Assembly (NCBI GenBank): GCA_002438685.1
Contig: DJQG01000013.1
Span: forward strand, 2,398 to 51,837
Length of the DNA stretch: 49,440 nt
Source of the DNA: Ruminococcaceae bacterium UBA6392
GTDB taxonomy: Bacteria > Bacillota > Clostridia > Oscillospirales > Acutalibacteraceae
Reading direction: 5' to 3'
Below the pieces are notes generated by a model. The model worked only from the letters and a program-made list of their open reading frames with translations, was not told the origin of the DNA and did no database searches. Made by a program: the position numbers and the translations under genes. This document shows positions 1 to 9,265 of this stretch, one piece after another (positions within the stretch are counted from its first letter, which is position 1; each line of letters begins with the position of its first letter).

Positions 1-905
1 ATCGGTATCTGAGTGACCGAGCCCTTCTTGCCCTCGACTATTCCTGCGCGCTCATAGAGCGACGCGAGGTCGGAATAGAGGTAACCGGGGAAGCCCTTTC
101 TGCCGGGGATCTCGCCCTTTGACGAGCTGAACTCACGAAGAGCCTCGGCATATGAGGTCATATCGGTCAGGATAACAAGCGTCTGCTTGCCGAGATCGAA
201 CGCGAGATATTCGGCGGCGGTCAACGCGCAGCGGGGCGTGATGATACGCTCGATTATCGGGTCGTTCGAGAGGTTCATGAACATCGTAACACGGTTCATG
301 ACGTTCGCGTTTTCAAACGAAGTGCGGAAATATTCGGCGACATCGTTCTTGACGCCCATGGCGGCGAAGACGATTGCAAAATCGTCGCCGTCGGCAACGT
401 TCGCCTGGCGCACTATCTGAACGGCGAGCTCGTTATGCTTCATACCGGAGCCCGAGAATATCGGGAGCTTCTGACCTCTGATAAGCGTTGCAAGCGCGTC
501 TATAGAAGATATGCCGGTATTTATATAATTTCGCGGATAAACACGCGAAACGGGGTTAATGGGCGAACCGTTGACATCGCGGCGGCACTCGGGATATATC
601 TCACCCAGACCGTCTATCGGTCTGCCGAGGCCGTCGAACACTCTGCCGAGTATCTCGGGCGACAGCGGCATCTCCATGGGTCTGCCGGAGAGCACGGTGG
701 TGCTGTTGTTCATCGATATTCCGCGGGTTCCCTCAAAGACCTGAATGACCACAAGCTCGCCGTCTATTTTGACTATACGACCCGCGCGCGAAGTGCCGTC
801 CTCAAGTCTGAGTTCGACCATTTCCTCGTAGCTCGCGCCCTTGACGCCGTCAAGCACAACGAGCGAACCGTTTATCTGATTTAAACCGATGTGTTCAAAA
901 ATCAT
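1..905 (-). CDS. atpB: V/A-type ATP synthase subunit B (3' end lies outside the window)
   Basis: Not in the ORF track. Manual translation from ATG at 905 gives [21 protein letters not shown]...[14 protein letters not shown]...[14 protein letters not shown]...[23 protein letters not shown], which are subunit B signatures. AAGGAAGG RBS upstream; follows subunit A. Confidence 0.96.
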   Translation of the reverse strand, partial: MIFEHIGLNQINGSLVVLDGVKGASYEEMVELRLEDGTSRAGRIVKIDGELVVIQVFEGTRGISMNNSTTVLSGRPMEMPLSPEILGRVFDGLGRPIDGLGEIYPECRRDVNGSPINPVSRVYPRNYINTGISSIDALATLIRGQKLPIFSGSGMKHNELAVQIVRQANVADGDDFAIVFAAMGVKNDVAEYFRTSFENANVMNRVTMFMNLSNDPIIERIITPRCALTAAEYLAFDLGKQTLVILTDMTSYAEALREFSSSKGEIPGRKGFPGYLYSDLASLYERAGIVEGKKGSVTQIP

Positions 906-944
906 AGCTGTTTAAATCCTTCCTTGCCTTCAGAATAAGCGGAC

Positions 945-2702
945 TCAGCGCAGCAGCGGAGCGAGCGCCTTGTCTATCTCAGTGCGGTAATCGTCAAACA
1001 TATCGAGTCTGTCGTTGGGCACATCGTATTTTATCTTGACGAGCTTATCGAACAGACCGAGCTTCGTTATCTTCGAGATCGGCACCTGCTTTGCGACGAC
1101 CTCGCGGCACTGGTGATAGAGATAGAGGATTATTTCCATCATCTTCATCTGCTTCGCGAGCGGAACATAGGTGTCCTCCTTGTGGAAGGCGTTCTGCTGC
1201 AGGAAGCCGACTCTGATAACTCTTGCGATCTCAATGACAAGCTTCTGATCGTCGGGCAGAACGTCCGCGCCGATAAGCTTGACTATCTCCATAAGGCTGT
1301 TCTCCTCAAGCAGGATGGAGCACAGCTCATCGCGGTAGTTCATAAACTCCGGACCCGCGTTGTCATAGTACCATGCGGACAGGTCGTTGACATATTCGGA
1401 ATAGCTCGTATTCCAGTTTATTGCGGGATAGTGACGCGCATAGGCGAGCGACTTATCGAGCGCCCAGAAGCAGCGGGTGAAACGCTTCGTGTTCTGGGTA
1501 ACAGGCTCGGAGAAGTCGGAGCCCTGCGGCGAAACAGCGCCAATTATTGTTATCGAGCCCTCGGTGCCGTTCAGATTCTTAACATAGCCTGCGCGCTCAT
1601 AGAACTCGGAAAGTCTCGAGGGCAGGTAAGCCGGGAAGCCCTCATCGGCGGGCATCTCTTCAAGGCGTCCGGATATCTCACGCAGAGCCTCAGCCCAACG
1701 GGAGGTGGAGTCCGCCATGATAGCCGTGTGATAGCCCATATCGCGGTAATACTCGGCGAGGGTGATGCCGGTGTATATTGAAGCTTCACGCGCGGCAACG
1801 GGCATATTTGAGGTGTTCGCTATGAGCACCGTTCTGTCCGTCAGGGGCTTGCCGGTACGCGGGTCGGATATCTCGCCGAACTCTTTAAGAGCCTGGGTCA
1901 TCTCGTTGCCGCGCTCGCCGCAGCCGACATAGATAATAATATCCGCGTCGCACCACTTTGCAAGCTGATGCTGGGTCATTGTTTTACCGGTTCCGAATCC
2001 GCCGGGGATAGCCGCCGCGCCGCCCTTTGCTATCGGGAAGAGCGTATCTATGACACGCTGACCGGTTATCAGCGGATGCTGCGCAGGCAGTCTGCGGTTG
2101 ACGGGACGCGGAATACGGATAGGCCAGCGCTGGCAGAGGGTCAGCTCATGGTCTTTCCCCTTCTTGTCCCTGAGGGTAACGATTGTATCGTTTATCTTAT
2201 ATTTTCCGTCGGGCTTGACATCGACAACTTCGCCTTCAAGTCCGGGCGGAACCATAAATTTGTGCTTGACGACGGGAGTCTCGGGGCATTCGCCGTAGAT
2301 GTCGCCGCCCTTGAGCTTATCGCCGGACTTGACGAGCATATTGACCTGCCACTCGCGCTCCTCGTCGAGTGCGCTCTCGGCGCAGCCCTTTGATATGAAC
2401 GCGCCGTTGTGCTCGGCGATAGCCGAAAGCGGGCGTTCGATTCCGTCAAATATATTTCTGATTATTCCGGGACCGAGGGTGGCGAACATTGCGCCGCCGG
2501 TAGCATAGACCGGCTCGCCGGGCTTGAGCCCGGTCGTCTCCTCGTAGACCTGAATGGTGGTGAGATCCTTGTCAAGGCGTATGACTTCACCGACAAGCCG
2601 CTTCTCGCCGACGTAGACCATCTCCATCATGCTCAGTCCCGTCTCGCCCTTTATCGTAACGACGGGTCCGTTTATTCCGTATATAACATTATTCTCGGAC
2701 AA
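945..2702 (-). CDS. atpA: V/A-type ATP synthase subunit A (catalytic)
   Basis: Walker [41 protein letters not shown]. Start is probably TTG at 2702 because the ORF-track GTG at 2711 lies inside the GGAGGT RBS. Confidence 0.97.
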   Translation of the reverse strand: MSENNVIYGINGPVVTIKGETGLSMMEMVYVGEKRLVGEVIRLDKDLTTIQVYEETTGLKPGEPVYATGGAMFATLGPGIIRNIFDGIERPLSAIAEHNGAFISKGCAESALDEEREWQVNMLVKSGDKLKGGDIYGECPETPVVKHKFMVPPGLEGEVVDVKPDGKYKINDTIVTLRDKKGKDHELTLCQRWPIRIPRPVNRRLPAQHPLITGQRVIDTLFPIAKGGAAAIPGGFGTGKTMTQHQLAKWCDADIIIYVGCGERGNEMTQALKEFGEISDPRTGKPLTDRTVLIANTSNMPVAAREASIYTGITLAEYYRDMGYHTAIMADSTSRWAEALREISGRLEEMPADEGFPAYLPSRLSEFYERAGYVKNLNGTEGSITIIGAVSPQGSDFSEPVTQNTKRFTRCFWALDKSLAYARHYPAINWNTSYSEYVNDLSAWYYDNAGPEFMNYRDELCSILLEENSLMEIVKLIGADVLPDDQKLVIEIARVIRVGFLQQNAFHKEDTYVPLAKQMKMMEIILYLYHQCREVVAKQVPISKITKLGLFDKLVKIKYDVPNDRLDMFDDYRTEIDKALAPLLR

Positions 2703-2720
2703 GCCGTTCACCTCCGACCG

Positions 2721-3320
2721 TTAAAGTATTACTGACATTCCCGAATTTTCGAGGAACCACTCACGCTGCGCTTCAAGGCGCGTGTCGAGCGTATCGTCAG
2801 CCACGGTGCTGCCGCCGGCAACTCCGGCGCGGCATCCGCCAATAGTTATTTCATCGCTGCTCTCGACCTTACAGTCCCTGCCGAAAGCTTTCTTTATATC
2901 ATCCGCAAAGCGCATATCGCCGGGGCGGACATAAACGGTCACATCCCCCTGTGGGAAAACCGCCGCAAAACCTGCCGCGCTCTTTTTGAGAAAATCCACG
3001 TAGCCGTCAGACTCTGTAAAGGCAACAAGCTTTTCGCGCGCGTCACCGAAGACCTCATCGGTAATTGCGCCGCGCTTGTCGGTCAGGCGGGCGCGCTGCT
3101 GAGTTCTCTCATTGGCGACGGTGCGGTTGAACTCCTGCTCCTTGAGCATACGCTCGCGCTCTATTTTCGCCTGAGCCTGGGAATGCGCCTTTGTCTTTGC
3201 CTTTTCAAGTCCGCTTTCGACCGTTTCGCGGGTCTTGCGGGTCATCTCCTCGTGGCGCTCCTCGGCGTCCTTGGTTATGGCGTCAAAAAACTTTGCGGCT
3301 CTTTCTTCCTGATTGAGCAT
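2721..3320 (-). CDS. atpE: V/A-type ATP synthase subunit E
   Basis: N-terminal coiled coil and C-terminal IGGC...DDTLDTRL motif; operon position. Confidence 0.88.
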   Translation of the reverse strand: MLNQEERAAKFFDAITKDAEERHEEMTRKTRETVESGLEKAKTKAHSQAQAKIERERMLKEQEFNRTVANERTQQRARLTDKRGAITDEVFGDAREKLVAFTESDGYVDFLKKSAAGFAAVFPQGDVTVYVRPGDMRFADDIKKAFGRDCKVESSDEITIGGCRAGVAGGSTVADDTLDTRLEAQREWFLENSGMSVIL

Positions 3321-3332
3321 TGGTTAAACACC

Positions 3333-3638
3333 TCAAATCTTTATGCCGATAGTGTCGCGCACATAGTGCGCGATGGAATCGCTCCCCTGCGAACCGTGGC
3401 GATCGGGAATCTCGACTATCAGCGGCTTATCGTAGTTGCGCTTTGTCTGCATTATGAAATCGCCGCACAGCTCGCACAGCGGGCGCGTGATGAGAATGAT
3501 GCCGACCTCTTCATCGGCGAGGCAACGGTTGACCGCATCCTCGACCGATTGGGCGTCGTGCACAAGCTCTCCGTCGATACCCGCAAGGCGCATTCCGACA
3601 AGCGTATCGGCATTGTCGCTTATCAAATAAAAACGCAT
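3333..3638 (-). CDS. atpF: V/A-type ATP synthase subunit F
   Basis: ISDNADTLVGMRLAGI...PLIVEIP...YVRDTIGIKI. ATG at 3638 follows a GAAAGGA RBS. Confidence 0.93.
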   Translation of the reverse strand: MRFYLISDNADTLVGMRLAGIDGELVHDAQSVEDAVNRCLADEEVGIILITRPLCELCGDFIMQTKRNYDKPLIVEIPDRHGSQGSDSIAHYVRDTIGIKI

Positions 3639-3708
3639 AACTTCCGTTCCTTTCAACGCAGCGTAAAGTTATATTGCTTTACGCCGCCGTTCTTCTGCCC
3701 TGCGGGCG

Positions 3709-4206
3709 TCAGACCTTGTTGAGGATAAGTATGGAGATAACAACACCGTAAAGGGCTATCGACTCACCGAGGGCGACGAAGATAAGCGCTTTACCAAATG
3801 CCTTGGGATCCTCGCTCGTTGCGGCGATAGCTGCGGGAGCACCGGCGGCAACTGCGATACCGCCGCCGATACCGGCAAGACCGGTAACAAGACCAGCGGC
3901 AAGAAGTCCGAGACCCTTGGAGTTATCTTTAACGGTTGTTGCTTCTGCGCTCTCGGCAACTGCGTCGGAAGCCTGAGCGGTAGTGTCGGCCGGAGCTGCG
4001 GTAGTGTCCTCGCTGCCGGTTGCAAAAGCGCCCATAGCGCAGCCTGCGACGAGCAGAACCATGACGGCGAAAGTTGCCGCGTTCATGCGAAGGCTCTTTT
4101 TGATGCTCTGACCCTCAGAGTGCTTCTTCATTGTGTACACAACGGATGCGAGAAGCACCGCCGCGGGAACTACGATCATAACGGAATAAAAAAGAGTTGT
4201 CATCAT
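3709..4206 (-). CDS. atpK: V/A-type ATP synthase rotor subunit K/c with N-terminal extension
   Basis: C-terminal helical hairpin GLAGIGGGIAVA...FVALGESIALYG with the ion-binding Glu; GGAGG RBS. Confidence 0.92.
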   Translation of the reverse strand: MMTTLFYSVMIVVPAAVLLASVVYTMKKHSEGQSIKKSLRMNAATFAVMVLLVAGCAMGAFATGSEDTTAAPADTTAQASDAVAESAEATTVKDNSKGLGLLAAGLVTGLAGIGGGIAVAAGAPAAIAATSEDPKAFGKALIFVALGESIALYGVVISILILNKV

Positions 4207-4222
4207 TTTACTTTACCTCCGA

Positions 4223-6208
4223 TTAGTCTTTATTGGCTAAAGCCTTTTTGGCCTTTTTACCGGCAATTTTGGTTTTTATGTTCGTCTGAGCCTGTTCGAG
4301 CTTTGCGGGTGTGAACGCCCTGCCGCCGCCCTCATAGAAACGGCTGAACATCTCGTAGAACTCAAGACGCAGTCCCTGAATGCCCGAAAGCAGACCTTCA
4401 AGGGCAATAACGATAATGTTGCCTATGATGATAACGGGGATGTTGCTGCCGTCACCGCCGAGGGTGAACACAACCATCATCATACTGGCGTGGACTATAA
4501 CAAACGCGCCGACACGAAGGAAGGACACGGTGTTGCTGAAATAGGACAGGACATATTCGATAAGCTCGAACAGGTTCTGGAGCAGGAAGTCAACGATGCT
4601 GTCGGGCTTCCAATCCGGATGCTTGTCGATAATACCTATCGGTATCTCCTTGATATAGAGCAGCACGGCGCAGACGCCCATGACGCTGAACAGCACGCTG
4701 TTCGGGAGAACCTGAGGACCGTTCATGAACGCTACGCAGAACGCAACGCCCGCGAGATAGAACAGTATACCGACGAGTCCGTTGTTGCTGAATATCGCTT
4801 CGCCTATCTTCTTATGCTTGAGGCAGGATATTACATTCAGGAGCATCGCGGTCACGACAAGGACAACGCCTATGCCGATAGCAACTATCAGAACGGTGTT
4901 TATCGAATCCATAACGCTCAGCGGCTTTGACGCCATGCCCAGCGCATGATAGACGGGATCGAGCATATCTTCATATCCGAACACCGAGCCGAACACGAAG
5001 CCGAACACCGCACTCGAAAGACCGCACGGGATAAGTATGCGCGCGAGGGGCATCTTCTTTATCTTCCAGCCGAGGACACCGAGCAGGAAGAGCACGAGTC
5101 CCTGACCGAGATCGCCGAACATGATGCCGAACAGCAGTGTATAAGTTATCGCGACAAAGCCCGTGACATCGATATCCGAATATGACGGCAGACCGTACAT
5201 ATCGACGAAGTACTCATAGGGCTTGAATATCGCTGGGTTTTTGAGCTTCACGGGCGGAGTCTTTCCGGAGCTCTTGTCGGGGTCATTCTCCTCGACTTCG
5301 ACATTCTCTATAGCCTCCGCTTTCTTCTCGAACGCCTTTGAATCGTGCGCGAGCACCCAGCCGACATAGAAGAAATACTTGTTGTGGCACGCGGCGTAGC
5401 GGCGCATCTCAAAAACGGTATTGAGATCGACGAGCTTCGTATATATCTCGTTGCAGCGTTTGCGGTTTTCTTTCCAGAGTGCCGCGGCACGCTCGTCGAG
5501 CTGCTTCAAGTCGCCCTCGATAATCTCGATATTGCTCTTGAGCTGATCTATGACCTGCTCAACGGTACCGACTGCCGACGGGATCTGGAGACGCTCGAAA
5601 TTGAGTCCCGCAAAAATGCTGTCGACCTCGTCGACGCGCTCTCTCGGCGCGCAGTAGACGCCCCAATAATCTGTCGCATCGGTCGAGCACGGAATGAAGA
5701 GCACATAGGGGTCGTCGTCATAGGCGACGAGCTTTTCATAGCTCTCCTTTGGCATATGACCGAAGCGGGTCTTGATGAACTTGCAGTTGAACAGCTCATC
5801 GAGTCCGACATCGAAGCCCGTGAAATGCTCATATTTCGCAATGCCGTTTCGACACTGCTCGAGCTGATCCTCAAGCTCCTTGTACTCGTCGTGCATCGCG
5901 GACAATTTTTCGTCCAGTTCGTCGATGTAGGCGCTGGTCTTATCGTCGAGCTGAATCTCACGCGAGCGGTCGCCGACTATCGTCGGGTCGGGCGCGGAAT
6001 CATTCTCACGGATAAGCTCCTCTATTTTTTGCAGCATCGGCGCATAAGGGTTTTCCTCGCTGAGCGTCGAATAACCCATTGACGCAGACATATACTGCGT
6101 TGCCTGCTCGGGATGGAACGATCCGTCCAAGCAGCAGGTTGAAATGAAATTGTTAAGCTGACCGAGCGGACCCGTGACTTTAACAAGCTTCATTTTTGCA
6201 ACTGCCAA
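4223..6208 (-). CDS. atpI: V/A-type ATP synthase subunit I/a
   Basis: MAVAKMK start, YGLPSY, FGIMFGDLGQG, SNTVSFLRVGAF (essential Arg), LRLEFYEMFSRFY. Confidence 0.96.
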   Translation of the reverse strand: MAVAKMKLVKVTGPLGQLNNFISTCCLDGSFHPEQATQYMSASMGYSTLSEENPYAPMLQKIEELIRENDSAPDPTIVGDRSREIQLDDKTSAYIDELDEKLSAMHDEYKELEDQLEQCRNGIAKYEHFTGFDVGLDELFNCKFIKTRFGHMPKESYEKLVAYDDDPYVLFIPCSTDATDYWGVYCAPRERVDEVDSIFAGLNFERLQIPSAVGTVEQVIDQLKSNIEIIEGDLKQLDERAAALWKENRKRCNEIYTKLVDLNTVFEMRRYAACHNKYFFYVGWVLAHDSKAFEKKAEAIENVEVEENDPDKSSGKTPPVKLKNPAIFKPYEYFVDMYGLPSYSDIDVTGFVAITYTLLFGIMFGDLGQGLVLFLLGVLGWKIKKMPLARILIPCGLSSAVFGFVFGSVFGYEDMLDPVYHALGMASKPLSVMDSINTVLIVAIGIGVVLVVTAMLLNVISCLKHKKIGEAIFSNNGLVGILFYLAGVAFCVAFMNGPQVLPNSVLFSVMGVCAVLLYIKEIPIGIIDKHPDWKPDSIVDFLLQNLFELIEYVLSYFSNTVSFLRVGAFVIVHASMMMVVFTLGGDGSNIPVIIIGNIIVIALEGLLSGIQGLRLEFYEMFSRFYEGGGRAFTPAKLEQAQTNIKTKIAGKKAKKALANKD

Positions 6209-6244
6209 GGTTTATCACCGTCCTTTTAAACTCTTAAAAAGCTG

Positions 6245-7291
6245 TCAATCGCCCACGCCGATAAGAAGTCGGCTTATTTCTTCAGGCGGAATATTATACC
6301 TTATACCCTCAATAATATGGGTAAGATTTTCTGCTTCATTCTCCGCGAGCGCGACATAACTCATCATCACGACGCTCGGGAAGGTCGAAAACCGCACAAG
6401 CCCTTTCGCGCGGTCATATCTGAGCTTTGCACTCACCTGCTCGACCGATTTGTCACCCCGCTCGGCAAATGCGGCATACACCGTGCCTTTGAGCGTTTGG
6501 AGTGCCTTTTCGGCATCCGGTGCTTCCATAAACCCTGTCAGCGCCTTTTCATCGAGCGTTCCGCCGGGCATCAGCATCGTGGTGAGCACGCTCTGCGGCA
6601 TATTGGTAAGACGCTTGAGCCTGTAGAGCGAGACGATATTCTCGGCATCCGTATCGAACGCGTGCATCGCGTCAAGCTCCTTGCGCTCCTTGCCCTTGTA
6701 GTTCTTTTTGATGAGCGCCTCCGCCTGCGAGTGGAGATATTTATTGAGTGCCAGCTCCATGGCGAAATAATCGGGTCTGCCGTCGGAACCGACAGAAGCA
6801 AATGGGGCAAGAACCGCTTTATACGGCGAGCCCTCGACTGCCGCCAAGAGCAGAGCGATATTTGTCGCGGTCTCAAGAGCCGCGGCATTGAGCTCCGAGT
6901 GGCGCACGAAGAAGTCGGGCACTTTGGCGAGGTTCTTCTCCGGGTGGCGGCTGTTGAGATAGCGCACCGAATGGAGCAGCATATCAACATCGCTCAGCGT
7001 CACGAAATATTTATAGAAGCCGTCGCCGATGGATTTTTCATATCTGCAGAGGGAAGCGAAGTTGTTTGAAAGATGCTCCCTGAGCAGTATCTCTATCTGC
7101 CAGCGTCTGAGCGAACCCATTGTCACACCCTCGAACGCGTCGGCATAGGCGGTGTGGGCTTTCAGATAAGCCGCCGCCTCGTTGACGGAACGGCAGGCGA
7201 GCAGATCGGTGTAGTTCTGCGCGGTCAGGCGTTTGCCGTACATAGCACGAGCCTTTGCGAGCACTGCGTTTGCGGCGGACGAAACTGTCAT
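6245..7291 (-). CDS. atpC: V/A-type ATP synthase subunit C/d
   Basis: AKARAMYGKRL at the N-terminus and ENEAENLTHIIEGIRY at the C-terminus. ATG at 7291 has better RBS spacing than ATG at 7300. Confidence 0.9.
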   Translation of the reverse strand: MTVSSAANAVLAKARAMYGKRLTAQNYTDLLACRSVNEAAAYLKAHTAYADAFEGVTMGSLRRWQIEILLREHLSNNFASLCRYEKSIGDGFYKYFVTLSDVDMLLHSVRYLNSRHPEKNLAKVPDFFVRHSELNAAALETATNIALLLAAVEGSPYKAVLAPFASVGSDGRPDYFAMELALNKYLHSQAEALIKKNYKGKERKELDAMHAFDTDAENIVSLYRLKRLTNMPQSVLTTMLMPGGTLDEKALTGFMEAPDAEKALQTLKGTVYAAFAERGDKSVEQVSAKLRYDRAKGLVRFSTFPSVVMMSYVALAENEAENLTHIIEGIRYNIPPEEISRLLIGVGD

Positions 7292-7320
7292 ACGGCACAT
7301 TTCCTTTCAAAAAAATCTGA

Positions 7321-7635
7321 TCAGTCGGCGTTCACGGCTCTGTCGGAGAGCTCCTGCGCCCATTTTTCGCGGTTAGCCTTGCTCTGCTCGTCGAGAGCAT
7401 CGGAGACTGCCTGAGCCTTCTTCTCTATCTCATCGAGAGCCGTCTTCAGCTTCGCGTCATATTCGGATGCGGTCTTTGCTATCTCGCTCTCGGCGCGCTC
7501 CTGCTCCTCGGACTGAATCTTCTTCGCCTGCTCAGCAAGCTCGGAATCCGCCTTGTCGAAGAACTCCTGTTCCTCCATGGTGCGCTTTCTCGCGCGCTTG
7601 TCCATATCGACTATCGTTTTAATGATGCTTTCCAT
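7321..7635 (-). CDS. Probable V/A-type ATPase peripheral stalk subunit G/H
   Basis: 104-aa charged coiled coil; first gene of the operon; GAGGT RBS. Confidence 0.7.
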   Translation of the reverse strand: MESIIKTIVDMDKRARKRTMEEQEFFDKADSELAEQAKKIQSEEQERAESEIAKTASEYDAKLKTALDEIEKKAQAVSDALDEQSKANREKWAQELSDRAVNAD

Positions 7636-7718
7636 AACTGCACCTCTTTTGCGCTGTTTTGGTATACATTTCCGGTATACCTATTATATATACTGTTTCT
7701 GCTTCTTTCAGCTACTAA

Positions 7719-7746
7719 ATTATATCACCAACATAGCAAAAGACAA
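7719..7746 (-). promoter_or_regulatory. sigmaA-type promoter of the ATPase operon
   Basis: TTGTCT-16 nt-TATAAT with an extended TG. Confidence 0.55.
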
Positions 7747-7829
7747 TATGCAAAAATAATAAACAATCTTCATTTTTCAAATTATTTTTGTACCGCGATA
7801 CAAAAATTTAACAAAGTTATCAAAGTTAT

Positions 7830-7895
7830 AAGAAAAAGTGCTTTTCTTGCGCTTTCAAAGCACAGAGCACCCTCCGGAGAAAACCGGAGAGGTGC
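7830..7895 (-). terminator. Hairpin pair / intrinsic terminator after the PHP genes
   Basis: GCACC(T)CTCCGG-TTTTCT-CCGGAGGGTGC followed by GTGCTTT...AAAGCAC-TTTTTCTT on the minus strand. Confidence 0.55.
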
Positions 7896-7903
7896 CGCAC
7901 GGT

Positions 7904-9247
7904 TTACTTTTTGATATTATCCTCGATGAGGATTCTTATCTTCTCGGCGATGAACGCACCGAGAGCGAACGAATGGGAATGATAGAACTTCATGAATTTC
8001 TGACCCGCTTCGGTCTTAAAAAACCAGAGTGCCCAGCTCGGAACGGGCTTATCTATTCTGCCCTTGTACTGAAGCTCGAACGGCTGAGAATAGGTCACGC
8101 CGCCGCTGCCCTTCATCTGGAAGCGGATATAGCAGCCGAGATCCTCCTCATAGTCGTTGAGGTCGATGGTGTTGCCCGTGGCGATAACTTTGCCATCGGC
8201 TATCCACTCGATGACTTGGCAGTCGCGGGTGGGATCGGTGGCAACGGTTATCGTGTTCGCCTTCTGGTCGACCTTGATATCCGTCACGAGCGGCACATTG
8301 CCGTCGCCCTCAAACTCGCCGACTCTGTCGGTGGTTTTATAATATCTGCTCGCGGCAAAGAAGTTGCCGTCTTTCATCGCCTTTTTGACATTCTCTTCGT
8401 TGTTCTCGGGCAGGACAAAGAACTCGAACGATCTGCCGACCTCGTTGAGCTGCTCGGAATCGTCATCGGCAAACGCCCAGATGTTTCTGCCCTTGGGGAT
8501 AACGACCTGAAGCAGCTCATCCCAGAGCTCGCGGTCGCCGCGGGTGACTCTGTCGGTGTTGTTGACTATCTCCATGCCGAGGCAGCTCGGGCAGTCGATG
8601 AATATGCCCGCGAAATAGGCTATGTAAACGTTCCAATGCGAACGGTGCGGGAATCTGCCGGAATCGACCCAGTCGCCGACATGGTTGAGCACGGAATAGC
8701 CGCCAGCCTTTTCAATTTCAACAGGAGCGGTTCTGTAGTCATTTTCGATTCCCCACTCGCCCTGACCGTAGGTGGTGAAGTATCCGTTGACATGGGTCTT
8801 CGAGATAACAGCCATATTGCATTCGATTCCGCCGCGGATATCGGTCATGCCTCTGCCGCCGCGGTCAAGTCCCTTTGTGATGCGCTCGTAGTTTTCTTCG
8901 CTCATCGGATAGACTTTTCTGAACTTGTTGAAAATACCGTTCGTCTCTCGCTCACTCGTCCAGCCGTTTGTGATAACGCCGTGGTCGGTCATCGCAAGGA
9001 TATCATAGTCCGCCTTGTAATATTCCTCGACCATCTCGTCGAGCGTCGGGTCGCCGTCGCTCGCGTCGCAGTGGGCGTGGAGGTTTGCTTTGTAAGTTTT
9101 CCACGTGCTCCAATCGACCTGCTCATAGGGGCTGATTATCGTATAATCCGTCTCTTTCGAGCCGAACGCGAACGCCGCCGGAAAAGCGGTGAACAGCATC
9201 ACGACAACCAGCGCGGCAGACAGAACACGCTTGAAATTCTTCTTCAT
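7904..9247 (-). CDS. Secreted PHP-domain (polymerase/histidinol phosphatase fold) putative metallophosphoesterase, paralogue 2
   Basis: Signal peptide MKKNFKRVLSAALVVVMLFTAFPAAFA; motifs LHAHCDASDG, TDHG, GIE, THV, NHV, ADDDSE; hydrophobic/aromatic C-terminal tail. Confidence 0.8.
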   Translation of the reverse strand: MKKNFKRVLSAALVVVMLFTAFPAAFAFGSKETDYTIISPYEQVDWSTWKTYKANLHAHCDASDGDPTLDEMVEEYYKADYDILAMTDHGVITNGWTSERETNGIFNKFRKVYPMSEENYERITKGLDRGGRGMTDIRGGIECNMAVISKTHVNGYFTTYGQGEWGIENDYRTAPVEIEKAGGYSVLNHVGDWVDSGRFPHRSHWNVYIAYFAGIFIDCPSCLGMEIVNNTDRVTRGDRELWDELLQVVIPKGRNIWAFADDDSEQLNEVGRSFEFFVLPENNEENVKKAMKDGNFFAASRYYKTTDRVGEFEGDGNVPLVTDIKVDQKANTITVATDPTRDCQVIEWIADGKVIATGNTIDLNDYEEDLGCYIRFQMKGSGGVTYSQPFELQYKGRIDKPVPSWALWFFKTEAGQKFMKFYHSHSFALGAFIAEKIRILIEDNIKK

Positions 9248-9265
9248 TATTATATTCTCCTTGAA

